Below, piece after piece: positions 1 through 8,875 of a stretch of DNA of 62,000 nucleotides. The notes beneath the pieces are model-generated. The model was given only the letters and a program-made list of their open reading frames with translations. It was not told where the DNA came from and ran no database searches. Origin of the DNA: Hyalangium minutum (GTDB lineage: Bacteria > Myxococcota > Myxococcia > Myxococcales > Myxococcaceae); assembly GCF_000737315.1 (NCBI RefSeq), contig NZ_JMCB01000003.1, positions 206,001-268,000 on the forward strand, given 5' to 3'. The stretch's first letter is position 1; each line of letters opens with the position of its first letter. A program made the position numbers and the translations under genes.

Positions 1-1
1 C

Positions 2-1921
2 CGGGGCGAGGCCGCCGCGGCGCTCGGCGAGAGCCAGGATCCCCGCGTGGTGGATCTGCTCGGCGAGCTGCTCGAGGACGCCGACGAGGATGTCCAGGGC
101 CGAGCCGCCATGGCACTCGCCAAGGTGAAGAACGACAAGGCCAAGGCGTACCTCACGCTCCAGTATGGCCGCCGGGGCCGGAAGACGCGCCAGATCATCG
201 TTCAGGCGCTGAAGACCGCCAACGTGCCCGGCGCCATGGCCGAGTCCGTCGCCGCAGAGTCCAAGGCCATCTGGGATCGCAACCTGCTCGCGCTCAACGA
301 GGGCACGCTCCCGGAGCGCGTGGGCGCCGCCGAGGAGCTGGGCAAGAGTGGCCGCCCCGAGGCCATCAACCGGCTGCTCCCCCTGGTTCGTGACAGCCAG
401 GTCGTCATGGCCGCCGCCGCCGTTCGCGGCCTGGGCGATGCGGGGGATCGGCGCGCGGTGCCCGCCATTCTCCTGCTGCTCGACGAGAGCTTCCCTGATC
501 TGCGCGAGGCCTCCATCGGCGCGCTGCGCAAGCTGCAGGATCCTTCCTCGGTACAGAAGCTCCAGGCCGTGGCCGTGGAGAAGAGCGCCGTGAGCGCGCT
601 GGCCACGGACGCCATCGCCGCCCTGCCGCGCACGCCCGAGACCGAGAAGGCGCTGTGCACCATCGCGATCGAGGGCGCCCGGAAGGAGGCCATCGATGCG
701 GCCCGCGCCATGCGGACGAAGGGGTGCCCGCTGGAGCCCATCATCGAGAGCCTCTCCCGTAACAGTGGCGTCGAGAGCGGGCTGCAGGCGGTGATCGGCC
801 TCGGCCCGTCGGCCCAGGGCGCACTGCCCAAGGTGCTGCCGCTGCTCACGTCCTCGGACTCCGTGCAGCGCATGCTGGCGGTGGAGGCCGTGGCCGCCAT
901 CGGGGATGCCTCCGCTGCTCCGGCGCTCCAGAAGCTCTACGAGCAGGAGCTGAAGGCCATCGAGGGGCCGCGCCAGGACTGGGTGACGGCGGCGCTGCCT
1001 CAGGTCTACGGCTCCGGCTTCGATCCCTCCGCGCCCGCCGCCGAGTCGGAGGACTCGCAGGGCCACAAGGACGGGGCCAAGGGCTCCAAGCAGGTTCAGC
1101 TCTTCGAGCGGGTCCGGGCCCTCAATGCCCAGCGTGCTCGCGAGGCGGGCCGCGTGCTCGTCCAGCCGCGCGTGCCCACGGAGCTCTATGACGATGTGGA
1201 GCCGCTGAGCCTCCAGCCGCTGGCCGCAGTGCTGCGCGCGCTTGGAGCGGTGAAGGCGCCTGGGGCGCTCGAGCTGCTCAAGGGCTATGCGGGCGACCCC
1301 AACGTGACGCTGCGCACCGCGGGCCTGGTCGGGCTGGCCCGGCTGGGACCCGAGGGTGTGGAGGCCGCGAAGGGTGGCATGTACGAGGCCGAGAGGGATC
1401 TCCAGAAGGCGCTGGCTGAGGCGCTCGCGCAGCAGGGCGAGGCCGGGCAGGCCGTGCTGGTGTCCATGCTGCCGCAGTTCGCCAGCGAGAAGCTGGTGCT
1501 GCTCGACGCGCTGAACCAGTTCGGGGCTCCGGCCTCGGCCTCGGAGGCGCTGCAGGCGGTGGTTCGCGAGGGCGGAGCGGAGGCGGTGCTGGCGGCCAGC
1601 GTCCTCGGCAGGTTGAAGGCCAAGGACGCGGTGCCCACGCTCTCCAAGGCGCTGGATGAGCCCGCGAGCGTGGCGCGCCGCGAGGTGCTGCTGGCGCTGG
1701 GCGAGATCGGCGACACCCAGGCTGCCGAGGTGGTGGCCCGGGACCTGTACCACGACCAGCCGGAGGTCCGGTTCGCGGCGGCCTCGGCGCTGCAGAAGAT
1801 CGGCACTCCGGCGCAGGGGGAGGCGCTCGACGCCCTCAAGAGCGACTATTATCGGAGGGTCCGCGATGCGGCCAGCGCGGCGCTGGCGAAGAACGGCACC
1901 GCGGCGGAGGGGGCTCGCTGA
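2..1921 (+). CDS. HEAT-repeat protein (5' end lies outside the window)
   Basis: Frame is open from base 2. Repeated HEAT/PBS-lyase-like motifs (ERVGAAEELGK, VRFAAASALQKIG, VRDAASAAL). Confidence 0.8.
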   Translation, partial: RGEAAAALGESQDPRVVDLLGELLEDADEDVQGRAAMALAKVKNDKAKAYLTLQYGRRGRKTRQIIVQALKTANVPGAMAESVAAESKAIWDRNLLALNEGTLPERVGAAEELGKSGRPEAINRLLPLVRDSQVVMAAAAVRGLGDAGDRRAVPAILLLLDESFPDLREASIGALRKLQDPSSVQKLQAVAVEKSAVSALATDAIAALPRTPETEKALCTIAIEGARKEAIDAARAMRTKGCPLEPIIESLSRNSGVESGLQAVIGLGPSAQGALPKVLPLLTSSDSVQRMLAVEAVAAIGDASAAPALQKLYEQELKAIEGPRQDWVTAALPQVYGSGFDPSAPAAESEDSQGHKDGAKGSKQVQLFERVRALNAQRAREAGRVLVQPRVPTELYDDVEPLSLQPLAAVLRALGAVKAPGALELLKGYAGDPNVTLRTAGLVGLARLGPEGVEAAKGGMYEAERDLQKALAEALAQQGEAGQAVLVSMLPQFASEKLVLLDALNQFGAPASASEALQAVVREGGAEAVLAASVLGRLKAKDAVPTLSKALDEPASVARREVLLALGEIGDTQAAEVVARDLYHDQPEVRFAAASALQKIGTPAQGEALDALKSDYYRRVRDAASAALAKNGTAAEGAR

Positions 1922-1922
1922 T

Positions 1923-4169
1923 ATGGAGATGCGCAAGCTCAGGGACAAGGCCACCGAGGCCTTTGCCAAGGGCCGCTTCTCCAAAGCCGCGGAGTTCTAC
2001 GAGGAGTATTGCAAGGGCGAGCCCAAGGACTACCAGGCCCGCCTGCGCATGGGAGACGCGTGGGCCAAGGCCGGTCAGAAGGACCGCGCTATCTCGGCCT
2101 ACCAGCTGGCTGCCACGGGCTTCGCGCGAGAGGGTTTCCTGCCGCGCGCCATCGCGGCCAGCAAGCTGATCCTGGAGCTGGACCCGGCCCACAAGGGCAT
2201 CCAGCAGATGCTCGCGGACCTGTACGCACGCAAGAGCGCGGGAGGCAACGGGGCGCCGCAGCAGCCCGCGAGGCCCCCGCGCCAGGTAGAGCTGCCCACC
2301 TTCACCGAGCACATGGGCACCTCGATGGGGCCGGCTGTGGCGCCGCTCGAGCTCCCCGAGGAGGACGAGGCCCCGCCCGCTCCTGCTCCCGCGATGGCCT
2401 CCCCTCAGAGGGCCATCATCCCGCCGCCACCGTCGGCTCCGTCTGCGGTGACCGGCTCGGCCGTCGAAGCGCTCCCCGAAGAGGAGGAGGAGATCGCCGT
2501 CGTCCAGGGTGTGCCGCTTACTCCACTGCCGCTGGCTCCGAGTGCCGTGGCGGCCATTGCGGCCCAGTCACAGCCGCCCGCTCCCGCGGCTGGCGGGGGG
2601 GCACCGCTTCCGCCACAGCCCGCGCTTCGTGCGCAGCCGCCCGCTCCGGCTGCTGCGGTACCCGCGCCTCAGGTCCAGCCAACGCCTCCCGCCGCGGCTC
2701 CTGCGCCTCAAGCCGTGGATGCGCCTCGTGCTGCCGAGCTTGTAGGGCCTTCGGTGCCTGCCGCGCCTCCGGGCCTGGCTCTGCGTAGCTCCATGCAGCG
2801 TCCGCCCGTCGCCGCATCCACTCAAGCTTCTCCCTCAAGGCCTGCCGAGACCGCTCCGGTTCCCGTGAGCGCTGTGTCTTCGCCCGACGAGACCGCCCTC
2901 GAGGTGGACGTGGGCATGGGAACAAAGAAGCTCTCCTGGTCTGCCATCAGTGAGCCGCTGATCTCCGCGACGTCCTCGGGGACTGCTTCCGCGAGCGAGA
3001 CTCTGGCTCAGGCGCAGCCTCCACTGCCTTCCACCGCACCGGCTCCTGCCAGCGCCGCACCGCCGGGACTTCGGCCTCGCCGGAGCGGGGAGGGCGGAAC
3101 GGCCGATATGTCCGTGACGCCCGCGCCAGGACGGTCCGCCGTGGTGCCACCCGGCCAGGTGCCCGCGAGCCCCAATGCGTTCACGGAGCTGGAACTGGAA
3201 GAGGACACGCTGCTCCACGCGGTGGAGGAGGCGGCGCTCGCAGGAATGAAGCAGCGCGCCGCGTCCGGCCTCGTGCCTCCGCAGGAGGAAGAGGAAGAGA
3301 TCATCCTCACGGACGAGGTGGAGGAGACGCCTTCTCCGAACGCCCTGCCGACCATCCCGCTCTTCTCGGACCTGCCGCGCGAGGCCTTCATCGATCTGTT
3401 CGAGAGGTGCCCGCTGCGCCACTTCTCGCAGGGGGCGCACGTCTTCGAGCAGGGCAGCCACGGTGACGCCTTCTACGTCATCTGCGAAGGCAGCGTGCGC
3501 GTGTTCCGCTACGAGAACGGGCAGCGCAAGGATCTCGCGGCGCTGACCAGCGGGGCCTTCTTTGGCGAGATGGCGCTCTTGTCGGGGGCGCCGCGCATGG
3601 CCGCGGTGGAGAGCGCGGTCGATGGCACGATGCTGCTGGAGATCTCGGCGCCGGTGCTGGCCGAACTGTCGCGCCAGCACCCGCAGCTGGCGAAGGCGCT
3701 CAAGAAGTTCTGCCGCGAGCGCATGCTGACGAACGTGATGAGCCACTCGGCGCTCTTCGAGCCGTTCAGCCGGAAGGATCGCCGCACGCTGGTGGAGAAG
3801 TTCCGGGCCCGCGAAGTGAAGAAGAACGAGATCATCGTCCGCGAGGGCGAGCGGACGGACGGGCTCTACGTGGTGCTCTCGGGCGAGGTGGAGGCACGCA
3901 AGGGCGATCAGGTGCTCTCGCGGATGAAGGAGGGCGATCTGTTCGGAGAGATCTCCCTGCTCTCGAAGACACCGGCCACGGCGACGGTGATGTCCACGCG
4001 GCACACCTCGCTGCTGCGACTGCCGCGCGAGGACTTCGATGCGCTGATCCTCTCCCACCCGCAGATCCTGGTGCTCATCTCCGAGCTCTCCGAGCAGCGG
4101 CTGCGCCGCACCGAGGCGCTCACGGGCACCCTGGTGTTCGAGCTGCGCGCCGAGGATCTGCTCGTCTAG
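1923..4169 (+). CDS. N-terminal TPR, Pro/Ala-rich linker and two cyclic-nucleotide-binding domains
   Basis: ATG at 1923 is in frame with ORF 1656..4169 and starts 1 nt after the upstream stop. TPR-like helices (ARLRMGDAWAKAGQKDRAISAY). cNMP motifs FFGEMALLSGAPRMAAV and LFGEISLLSKTPATATV. Confidence 0.85.
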   Translation: MEMRKLRDKATEAFAKGRFSKAAEFYEEYCKGEPKDYQARLRMGDAWAKAGQKDRAISAYQLAATGFAREGFLPRAIAASKLILELDPAHKGIQQMLADLYARKSAGGNGAPQQPARPPRQVELPTFTEHMGTSMGPAVAPLELPEEDEAPPAPAPAMASPQRAIIPPPPSAPSAVTGSAVEALPEEEEEIAVVQGVPLTPLPLAPSAVAAIAAQSQPPAPAAGGGAPLPPQPALRAQPPAPAAAVPAPQVQPTPPAAAPAPQAVDAPRAAELVGPSVPAAPPGLALRSSMQRPPVAASTQASPSRPAETAPVPVSAVSSPDETALEVDVGMGTKKLSWSAISEPLISATSSGTASASETLAQAQPPLPSTAPAPASAAPPGLRPRRSGEGGTADMSVTPAPGRSAVVPPGQVPASPNAFTELELEEDTLLHAVEEAALAGMKQRAASGLVPPQEEEEEIILTDEVEETPSPNALPTIPLFSDLPREAFIDLFERCPLRHFSQGAHVFEQGSHGDAFYVICEGSVRVFRYENGQRKDLAALTSGAFFGEMALLSGAPRMAAVESAVDGTMLLEISAPVLAELSRQHPQLAKALKKFCRERMLTNVMSHSALFEPFSRKDRRTLVEKFRAREVKKNEIIVREGERTDGLYVVLSGEVEARKGDQVLSRMKEGDLFGEISLLSKTPATATVMSTRHTSLLRLPREDFDALILSHPQILVLISELSEQRLRRTEALTGTLVFELRAEDLLV

Positions 4170-4900
4170 AAGCGCGGTCCGCCACGCAGCCGGGCGAAAT
4201 ATTCCTCGCGTGAGAGGGCACCTCGGGTCTCCAGCACCTCGAGGAGCGCGCTCAGCGAGCGGGCCTGGTTGGCCACCATCTGCTGCAGATCCGCCACTTG
4301 CTGCGTGAGGACGTCCACGCGCTCCTGAAGCTCCGCCTCCCGATGCGAGGAGGGCCGGGGTGTGGGTGGCGGGGTGAACTCGTATGTGGGCTCGCGGAAC
4401 CCGAACTGCTCAGGGTTGGCCGTCGAGTTAGACGCGCCACCGTAGTAGTACTTCCGGATGGCCCGCTCGATGGCCGACGCGCTGCTCACCACCACCTGGA
4501 TCTTCTGGTTGGTGTGGAAGGCCAGCTCCTGCAGCGCGTCCACGTTCGTCGGATCCGAGCTGGCCAGCGTCAGCGTCTTGTGCGCCACGTCCACGGCGAC
4601 GGGGAAGACGCTGTAGCGCTCGGCCAGATCGATCCGGAAGAGCTGGAGCAGGTGCTCGGGCGGCGTCAGGGTGTCCAGCTCCATCGCGGGGATGTGCAGC
4701 TGGCGGGAGAGGGCGTGGACCATGGAGCTCTCGTCCACGAAGCCCATCTGCACCAGCGTATGGCCCAGCTTGCCGCCCCACTTGCGCTGCTCGGCAAGGG
4801 CTGAGCGAAGCTGGGTCTCGGTCAACAGGCCGGCGTCCATGAGGATCTCGCCGAGCCTCTTCTTTCGACTGGGGGGAGGATTCGACGCGGGAGGGCTCAC
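4166..4900 (-). CDS. MshEN/T2SSE_N (GspE N-terminal) domain protein without ATPase, probable c-di-GMP receptor
   Basis: RLGEILMDAGLLTETQLRSALAEQ matches the MshEN motif RLGxxLxxxGxxxxxxLxxxLxxQ and is followed by KLGHTLVQMGFV. C-terminal coiled coil. No Walker A motif. Confidence 0.8.
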   Translation of the reverse strand: MSPPASNPPPSRKKRLGEILMDAGLLTETQLRSALAEQRKWGGKLGHTLVQMGFVDESSMVHALSRQLHIPAMELDTLTPPEHLLQLFRIDLAERYSVFPVAVDVAHKTLTLASSDPTNVDALQELAFHTNQKIQVVVSSASAIERAIRKYYYGGASNSTANPEQFGFREPTYEFTPPPTPRPSSHREAELQERVDVLTQQVADLQQMVANQARSLSALLEVLETRGALSREEYFARLRGGPRF

Positions 4901-4946
4901 ACCCCGAGGCTAGCAGCCGTTCACCGGGCTGCAACCCCATGGCACG

Positions 4947-5804
4947 TTGAGGTATGTGTGGGGAATGGCGCGATGCGTGTTCCTGTCTGTTCTGGTGTTG
5001 CTCTCGGGCTGTGCCACTTCGCGGCTGTCCGGTGCGGAGCTCGACCGTGTGGTCCAGCCCGCCTTCATCTCCCGCATTGAAATCGAGGCCGGTCCCAAGA
5101 GCCTCGTCTTCCGCGAGGACGATGCGTACGGCGACAAGCTCAAGAAGCTCGAGCCCAAGGAGGCCGATCGCCGTCTCCAGGCCAAGCTCATGAAGGCGGT
5201 GACGCGCTTCGAGATCTCCGAGCGCCTGCGTGTCGGCACGATCCAGCAGCTCCCGCAGGAGCGGCCGTGGACGAACACGGTGGATCCGGCGCGAGTGGCC
5301 TCGGCCCTGGAGAGCTTCCTGGTGGAGGAGGTGCCGGCGAACGCCCCCGACTACGATCTGTTGCTCCCGCTGGGCGTGGACACGGTGGTGGAGTTCGTCA
5401 TCCAGGACTACGGCATGCGCAGCGACAATGGCCACGCGGGTGCGTACGTGAAGGGCTATGGGCGCATGTTCCGGCTGGCGGGCCGGAGTGAGATGTGGCG
5501 CCGGTCTTTCTCGGTGGATCAGATCGAAGCGGGGGAGCCGCACCTGGATCCCCTCAAGGTGGGCAAGGATCCGGATCTGTTCCGCCAGGCCATCACCTCG
5601 CTGCTGGATGTGGTGGCGGAGCAGTTCGCGAAGGATCTGTCGCCCAAGGACCGCCGGGGGGGGCCGCCGCTGCCAGTGGAAGGGGGCCCGGACATCCACG
5701 CGCCATCGGACAGCACGAACCGTACGGGCCGCGAGAATGAGCCGCCTTCGAGAAGGCCGGAGCCAGAGCTGCCCGCGGGCGAGCTGCCGGATCCTGACCC
5801 GTGA
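4947..5804 (+). CDS. Hypothetical lipoprotein
   Basis: Hydrophobic N-terminus ending in lipobox LSGC. Pro-rich C-terminal tail. GTGA overlap with the next gene. Confidence 0.7.
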   Translation: MRYVWGMARCVFLSVLVLLSGCATSRLSGAELDRVVQPAFISRIEIEAGPKSLVFREDDAYGDKLKKLEPKEADRRLQAKLMKAVTRFEISERLRVGTIQQLPQERPWTNTVDPARVASALESFLVEEVPANAPDYDLLLPLGVDTVVEFVIQDYGMRSDNGHAGAYVKGYGRMFRLAGRSEMWRRSFSVDQIEAGEPHLDPLKVGKDPDLFRQAITSLLDVVAEQFAKDLSPKDRRGGPPLPVEGGPDIHAPSDSTNRTGRENEPPSRRPEPELPAGELPDPDP

Positions 5805-7171
5805 GAGCCCTGCTGCTCCTGACGGCGTTGACGCTGGGGGCCTCCGCGAGCGCTCAGCCCAAGGAGGAGCCTGTTCCGGAAGGGGTGTTCGGGCTCGCCG
5901 AGATCCGGGTCTTCGTCAGCAGCCCTCTGTGGTTCGCGTGGAAGCTCCCATCGTCGAAGTTTCTCCTCGGCTACGCCCGAGGCCCCGAGGGAAGAGGCCC
6001 CGAGGCGGGGCAGTTCGTCGTGCTCGATGGCAAGGGAAGGCTCGACGCGAAGCAGACCCAAGCCGTCCAGGAGGCGCTCCAGCAGGCGGATGCCTCGGGG
6101 CGCTGCATGGAGGTGAGCGAGCGGAAGATGCCCCTGTTGATGCCTCTGGGCACCCAGGGCGTCGTGCTCCAGTCGAGCTCCGATCCCCAGGGCTCGTGCC
6201 TGTTCACCTGGAACGCCCGCCGTTCAGCCATCGAGGTCCGGGCCGCTGACAGCGTGACGGCCCTCTGCGGGCCTTCGGGCTGTCCTCCCAAGGCATGTTG
6301 GCTCACCGAGGACTGCTGGCTGCCCGAGGCTCCGGACCTGGACACGGCGCGAAAGGGCTTCCATCCCACTTTGCTGGCGCAGTCCCTCATGGAGGACGTT
6401 CCGGCACCGGGGCGCGCTGTGTTGGCGGCGACCCTGCCGGGCGCGGGGAGGGTCCTCGTATGGGTGCCCTCCTGGCGCAGGGCGGACGCGGCGGATTCCG
6501 AGAAGGGCATGGACTCCCGCCTCTACGTCTTCGACCCCCAGAAGAAGGCCATCGATACGGCCATGACGCGGAAGCTCGTGGCGGCGCTCGGGACCGCGCT
6601 GGACGAGTGCCAGGGGCTCGGCACGGTGGCGGAGCTGCAGCAGAGCGGGAAGGGCGTGGAGATTCGCCAGTTCTATGCACCCGGGACGACGCACCTGAAC
6701 TGCTCCAGCACGGTGAGCTGGAAGGGCGGGAAGTTCAGCGTGGAGGCACACCCCTCGGGAGACAGCAGCCTGAGCTCGCTGGCGCGGGAGCAGGAACCAG
6801 GGGCCAGCGACGACCAGGCGCTCGGGCTGTGGAAGTCCGGCAAGCGCGATCTGGCGCTCGCCATGTGGGAGCAGCTCTACGCGCGGGCGGACTACCAGAG
6901 CCCCGGTTTCGCCGACGTCTGCAACAACCTCGGGTTCGCGTACTGGACGCTGACGGAGTTCAAGAAGGCCGAGGAGGTATTGCTCGACTGCGAGAAGTCC
7001 TTCCCGGCCCGCGCGACGATCCAGCTCAACCTGGGGGACGTCTACCGCGACACCGGTCGCGCCAAGGAGGCGATGGAGCGCTACCAGCACTTCCTCGAGA
7101 TGGAAGGGGGAACGCCCCAGCAGCGCAAGGCCGCCGAGAAGAGCCTCGAGCGGCTCAAGGGGCGTCCCTGA
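5801..7171 (+). CDS. Secreted protein with C-terminal tetratricopeptide repeats
   Basis: Signal peptide (MRALLLLTALTLGASASA). TPR motifs VCNNLGFAYW and IQLNLGDVYRDTGRAKEAMERYQHFL. Confidence 0.75.
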   Translation: MRALLLLTALTLGASASAQPKEEPVPEGVFGLAEIRVFVSSPLWFAWKLPSSKFLLGYARGPEGRGPEAGQFVVLDGKGRLDAKQTQAVQEALQQADASGRCMEVSERKMPLLMPLGTQGVVLQSSSDPQGSCLFTWNARRSAIEVRAADSVTALCGPSGCPPKACWLTEDCWLPEAPDLDTARKGFHPTLLAQSLMEDVPAPGRAVLAATLPGAGRVLVWVPSWRRADAADSEKGMDSRLYVFDPQKKAIDTAMTRKLVAALGTALDECQGLGTVAELQQSGKGVEIRQFYAPGTTHLNCSSTVSWKGGKFSVEAHPSGDSSLSSLAREQEPGASDDQALGLWKSGKRDLALAMWEQLYARADYQSPGFADVCNNLGFAYWTLTEFKKAEEVLLDCEKSFPARATIQLNLGDVYRDTGRAKEAMERYQHFLEMEGGTPQQRKAAEKSLERLKGRP

Positions 7172-7192
7172 GCCGCGCTTGTACCCGCCGGG

Positions 7193-7816
7193 TCAGCCCT
7201 TCGGGTTTCCCCCCGAGCTCGGCGGTCCGGCATAGCCGCCCTCCGCCAAGCGCTCGCCGCTTATCTGGTAGAGCTCGGCCGTGTGGTGCCCCACGCCGGT
7301 GGCGTCGATCCACCGGTTGTAGAAGTTGAACAGGGCGCAGACGTTGATGGCGTCGTAGATGGCCTCGTCGGACCAGCCGGTGGCCTTCACCGCGTCCATG
7401 TCCTCCTGGCGGATCTTCCCGGGCGAGAGGTTCACCTTCTCCAGGAAGGTGAACAACGCCCGTTCGGCCTCCGAGATCGGAGCCGTGCGGTGATCGTCGA
7501 GGACCGCCTCGACCTTCTTCTCGTCTCCCAGCAGCTTCGCCGCGACCGCGGCGTGAGAGTTCGTTCAAAACAAACAGAAGTTGCCGCGCGAGGTGAAGGC
7601 GGCAATCAGCTCGCGCATGCCCGCGGACAGGGGCGAGGGCCCTCGCATGACCTCCTGGGTGAACTCAGACAGCGCATTCGTGACCTTGGGCTTGAATGCG
7701 AACAGGTGCCAGATGCGAGGGAAGGGCCTGCCCGCTTCGCGGGCCCGGCGGATCAGCTCCCCGTAGTGCCCGGTGCCTTCATAGGCTTCGATGCCCTTCA
7801 GAAACATCGGATCCAT
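7193..7816 (-). CDS. AhpD/carboxymuconolactone-decarboxylase-like peroxidase-related selenoprotein (207 aa, UGA=Sec at codon 84)
   Basis: ORFs 7565..7816 and 7193..7456 are in one frame, separated only by TGA at 7565-7567. Read-through gives RELIAAFTSRGNFCLF-U-TNSH, the family NxCxxCxxxH motif with U at the second Cys. A SECIS-like hairpin follows. Confidence 0.85.
7538..7564 (-). promoter_or_regulatory. Bacterial SECIS element
   Basis: After the UGA: 11-nt spacer ACGAACUCUCA, then perfect stem CGCCGC/GCGGCG closing loop GGUC. Spacing and apical GGUC match the E. coli fdhF SECIS. Confidence 0.8.
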
Positions 7817-7831
7817 AGAACCTCTTCTCGC

Positions 7832-8758
7832 TCAAGGTGACGTCGCTGGCGCGGGTTGGATCTCCGCCAGCACTTTCTCGTCGATGTGGATCTGCGCACG
7901 CTCGCGCAGTTGGTGGACCAGCGTCTCCAGGGCCTGCGTGCGCCGCTCGGACAGCAGCCGGGTGGCGATGCGATCCTTCACCGACTCCAGCGGGTTGTTC
8001 AAGCCCGCCTGACGCAGCGTCAGCTTGAGGAGGTGGAAGCCTCTCTCCGTCTCCACCAGCGGCCCCACTTCCTGCGGCGACTGGAGCGTGAAGGCCGCCT
8101 GCGCCAGTGCCGTTCCCCACGCTTGCGACAGCTCCTCCGCTGTCCTCGGGCCCAGATCTCCACCCTGCGCCTTGCTGGCCGCATCATCCGAGCGCTCTCG
8201 TGCCAGCGCCTCGAAGCCGTCCTGGCCCGGAGCTCCGGTGGGCGCGCGCACCTTCGCCAGCAGCGCCAGCGCCTCCGCCTTCACTTGCGGCCGCCGGGCG
8301 TCTCCCGCCGCCGCCGCCAGGAAGATGTGGCTCATCCGCACCTGCTCCGGCCGGACGAACTCAGCCCGGTGCTCCTCGTAGTACTGGCGCACCTCCGCCT
8401 CGGACGGAGGCTTCATCTCCTCCGTCACCTGCTTGACCAGCCGTTGGACGATCAGCTTGCGCAGTGCCTGCTGGACCTCGGCGTCCTTGTCCAGGCCTCG
8501 GCGCTCCGCCTCCTGCGCCAGCACCTCGAACTGGATCATCCCGTCCAGGAACTCCTGCTTCCGCTCCACCGTGGTGTAGCGGCCTCGGATGAAGGGCGCC
8601 TGCTCGTCCAGCCGCTGCTTGTACTCCTCCGCCGTGATCGCCGAGGTCCCCACCGTGGCCACCACGGGCTCCGCGGGACGATCCTTCTCCTGCCCACGGC
8701 ACCCCAGGCCCCCCACCAGGCCCAGCACGCAGCAGGCCAGGAACACGCGCTCCGTCAT
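7832..8758 (-). CDS. PpiC/parvulin-type peptidyl-prolyl isomerase lipoprotein (PrsA/SurA-like foldase 1)
   Basis: Probable start ATG at 8758 (MTERVFLACCVLGLVGGLG-C, lipobox). Rotamase motifs VRMSHIF, ARERSDD..SKAQGGDLG and ETERGFHLLK. Confidence 0.85.
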   Translation of the reverse strand: MTERVFLACCVLGLVGGLGCRGQEKDRPAEPVVATVGTSAITAEEYKQRLDEQAPFIRGRYTTVERKQEFLDGMIQFEVLAQEAERRGLDKDAEVQQALRKLIVQRLVKQVTEEMKPPSEAEVRQYYEEHRAEFVRPEQVRMSHIFLAAAAGDARRPQVKAEALALLAKVRAPTGAPGQDGFEALARERSDDAASKAQGGDLGPRTAEELSQAWGTALAQAAFTLQSPQEVGPLVETERGFHLLKLTLRQAGLNNPLESVKDRIATRLLSERRTQALETLVHQLRERAQIHIDEKVLAEIQPAPATSP

Positions 8759-8875
8759 GTCGCTCCCATCGCTGATCTCGCGGACCGGATCCAGCGAGGC
8801 ATTTACCTGTAGCCAACATACAACGGGAAGTCCTAGGGTCTTCACTTCCGGTCATAGGAGGCGTGGAAGGAGCCT

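Noticed and set aside
1656-1922. N-terminal extension of ORF 1656..4169
   Set aside because: It overlaps the HEAT gene in another frame and is Arg-rich junk. The ATG at 1923 next to the upstream stop is more plausible.
7565-7567. Nonsense mutation / pseudogene reading of the AhpD-like gene
   Set aside because: The stop is specifically UGA, sits at a catalytic Cys position and has a correctly spaced SECIS-like hairpin. Sec recoding explains it better, pending confirmation of selABCD.
8826-8849. GGAAGT-N12-ACTTCC inverted repeat in the divergent promoter region
   Set aside because: Only 6 bp per arm, so it could arise by chance. No regulator can be assigned without conservation data.
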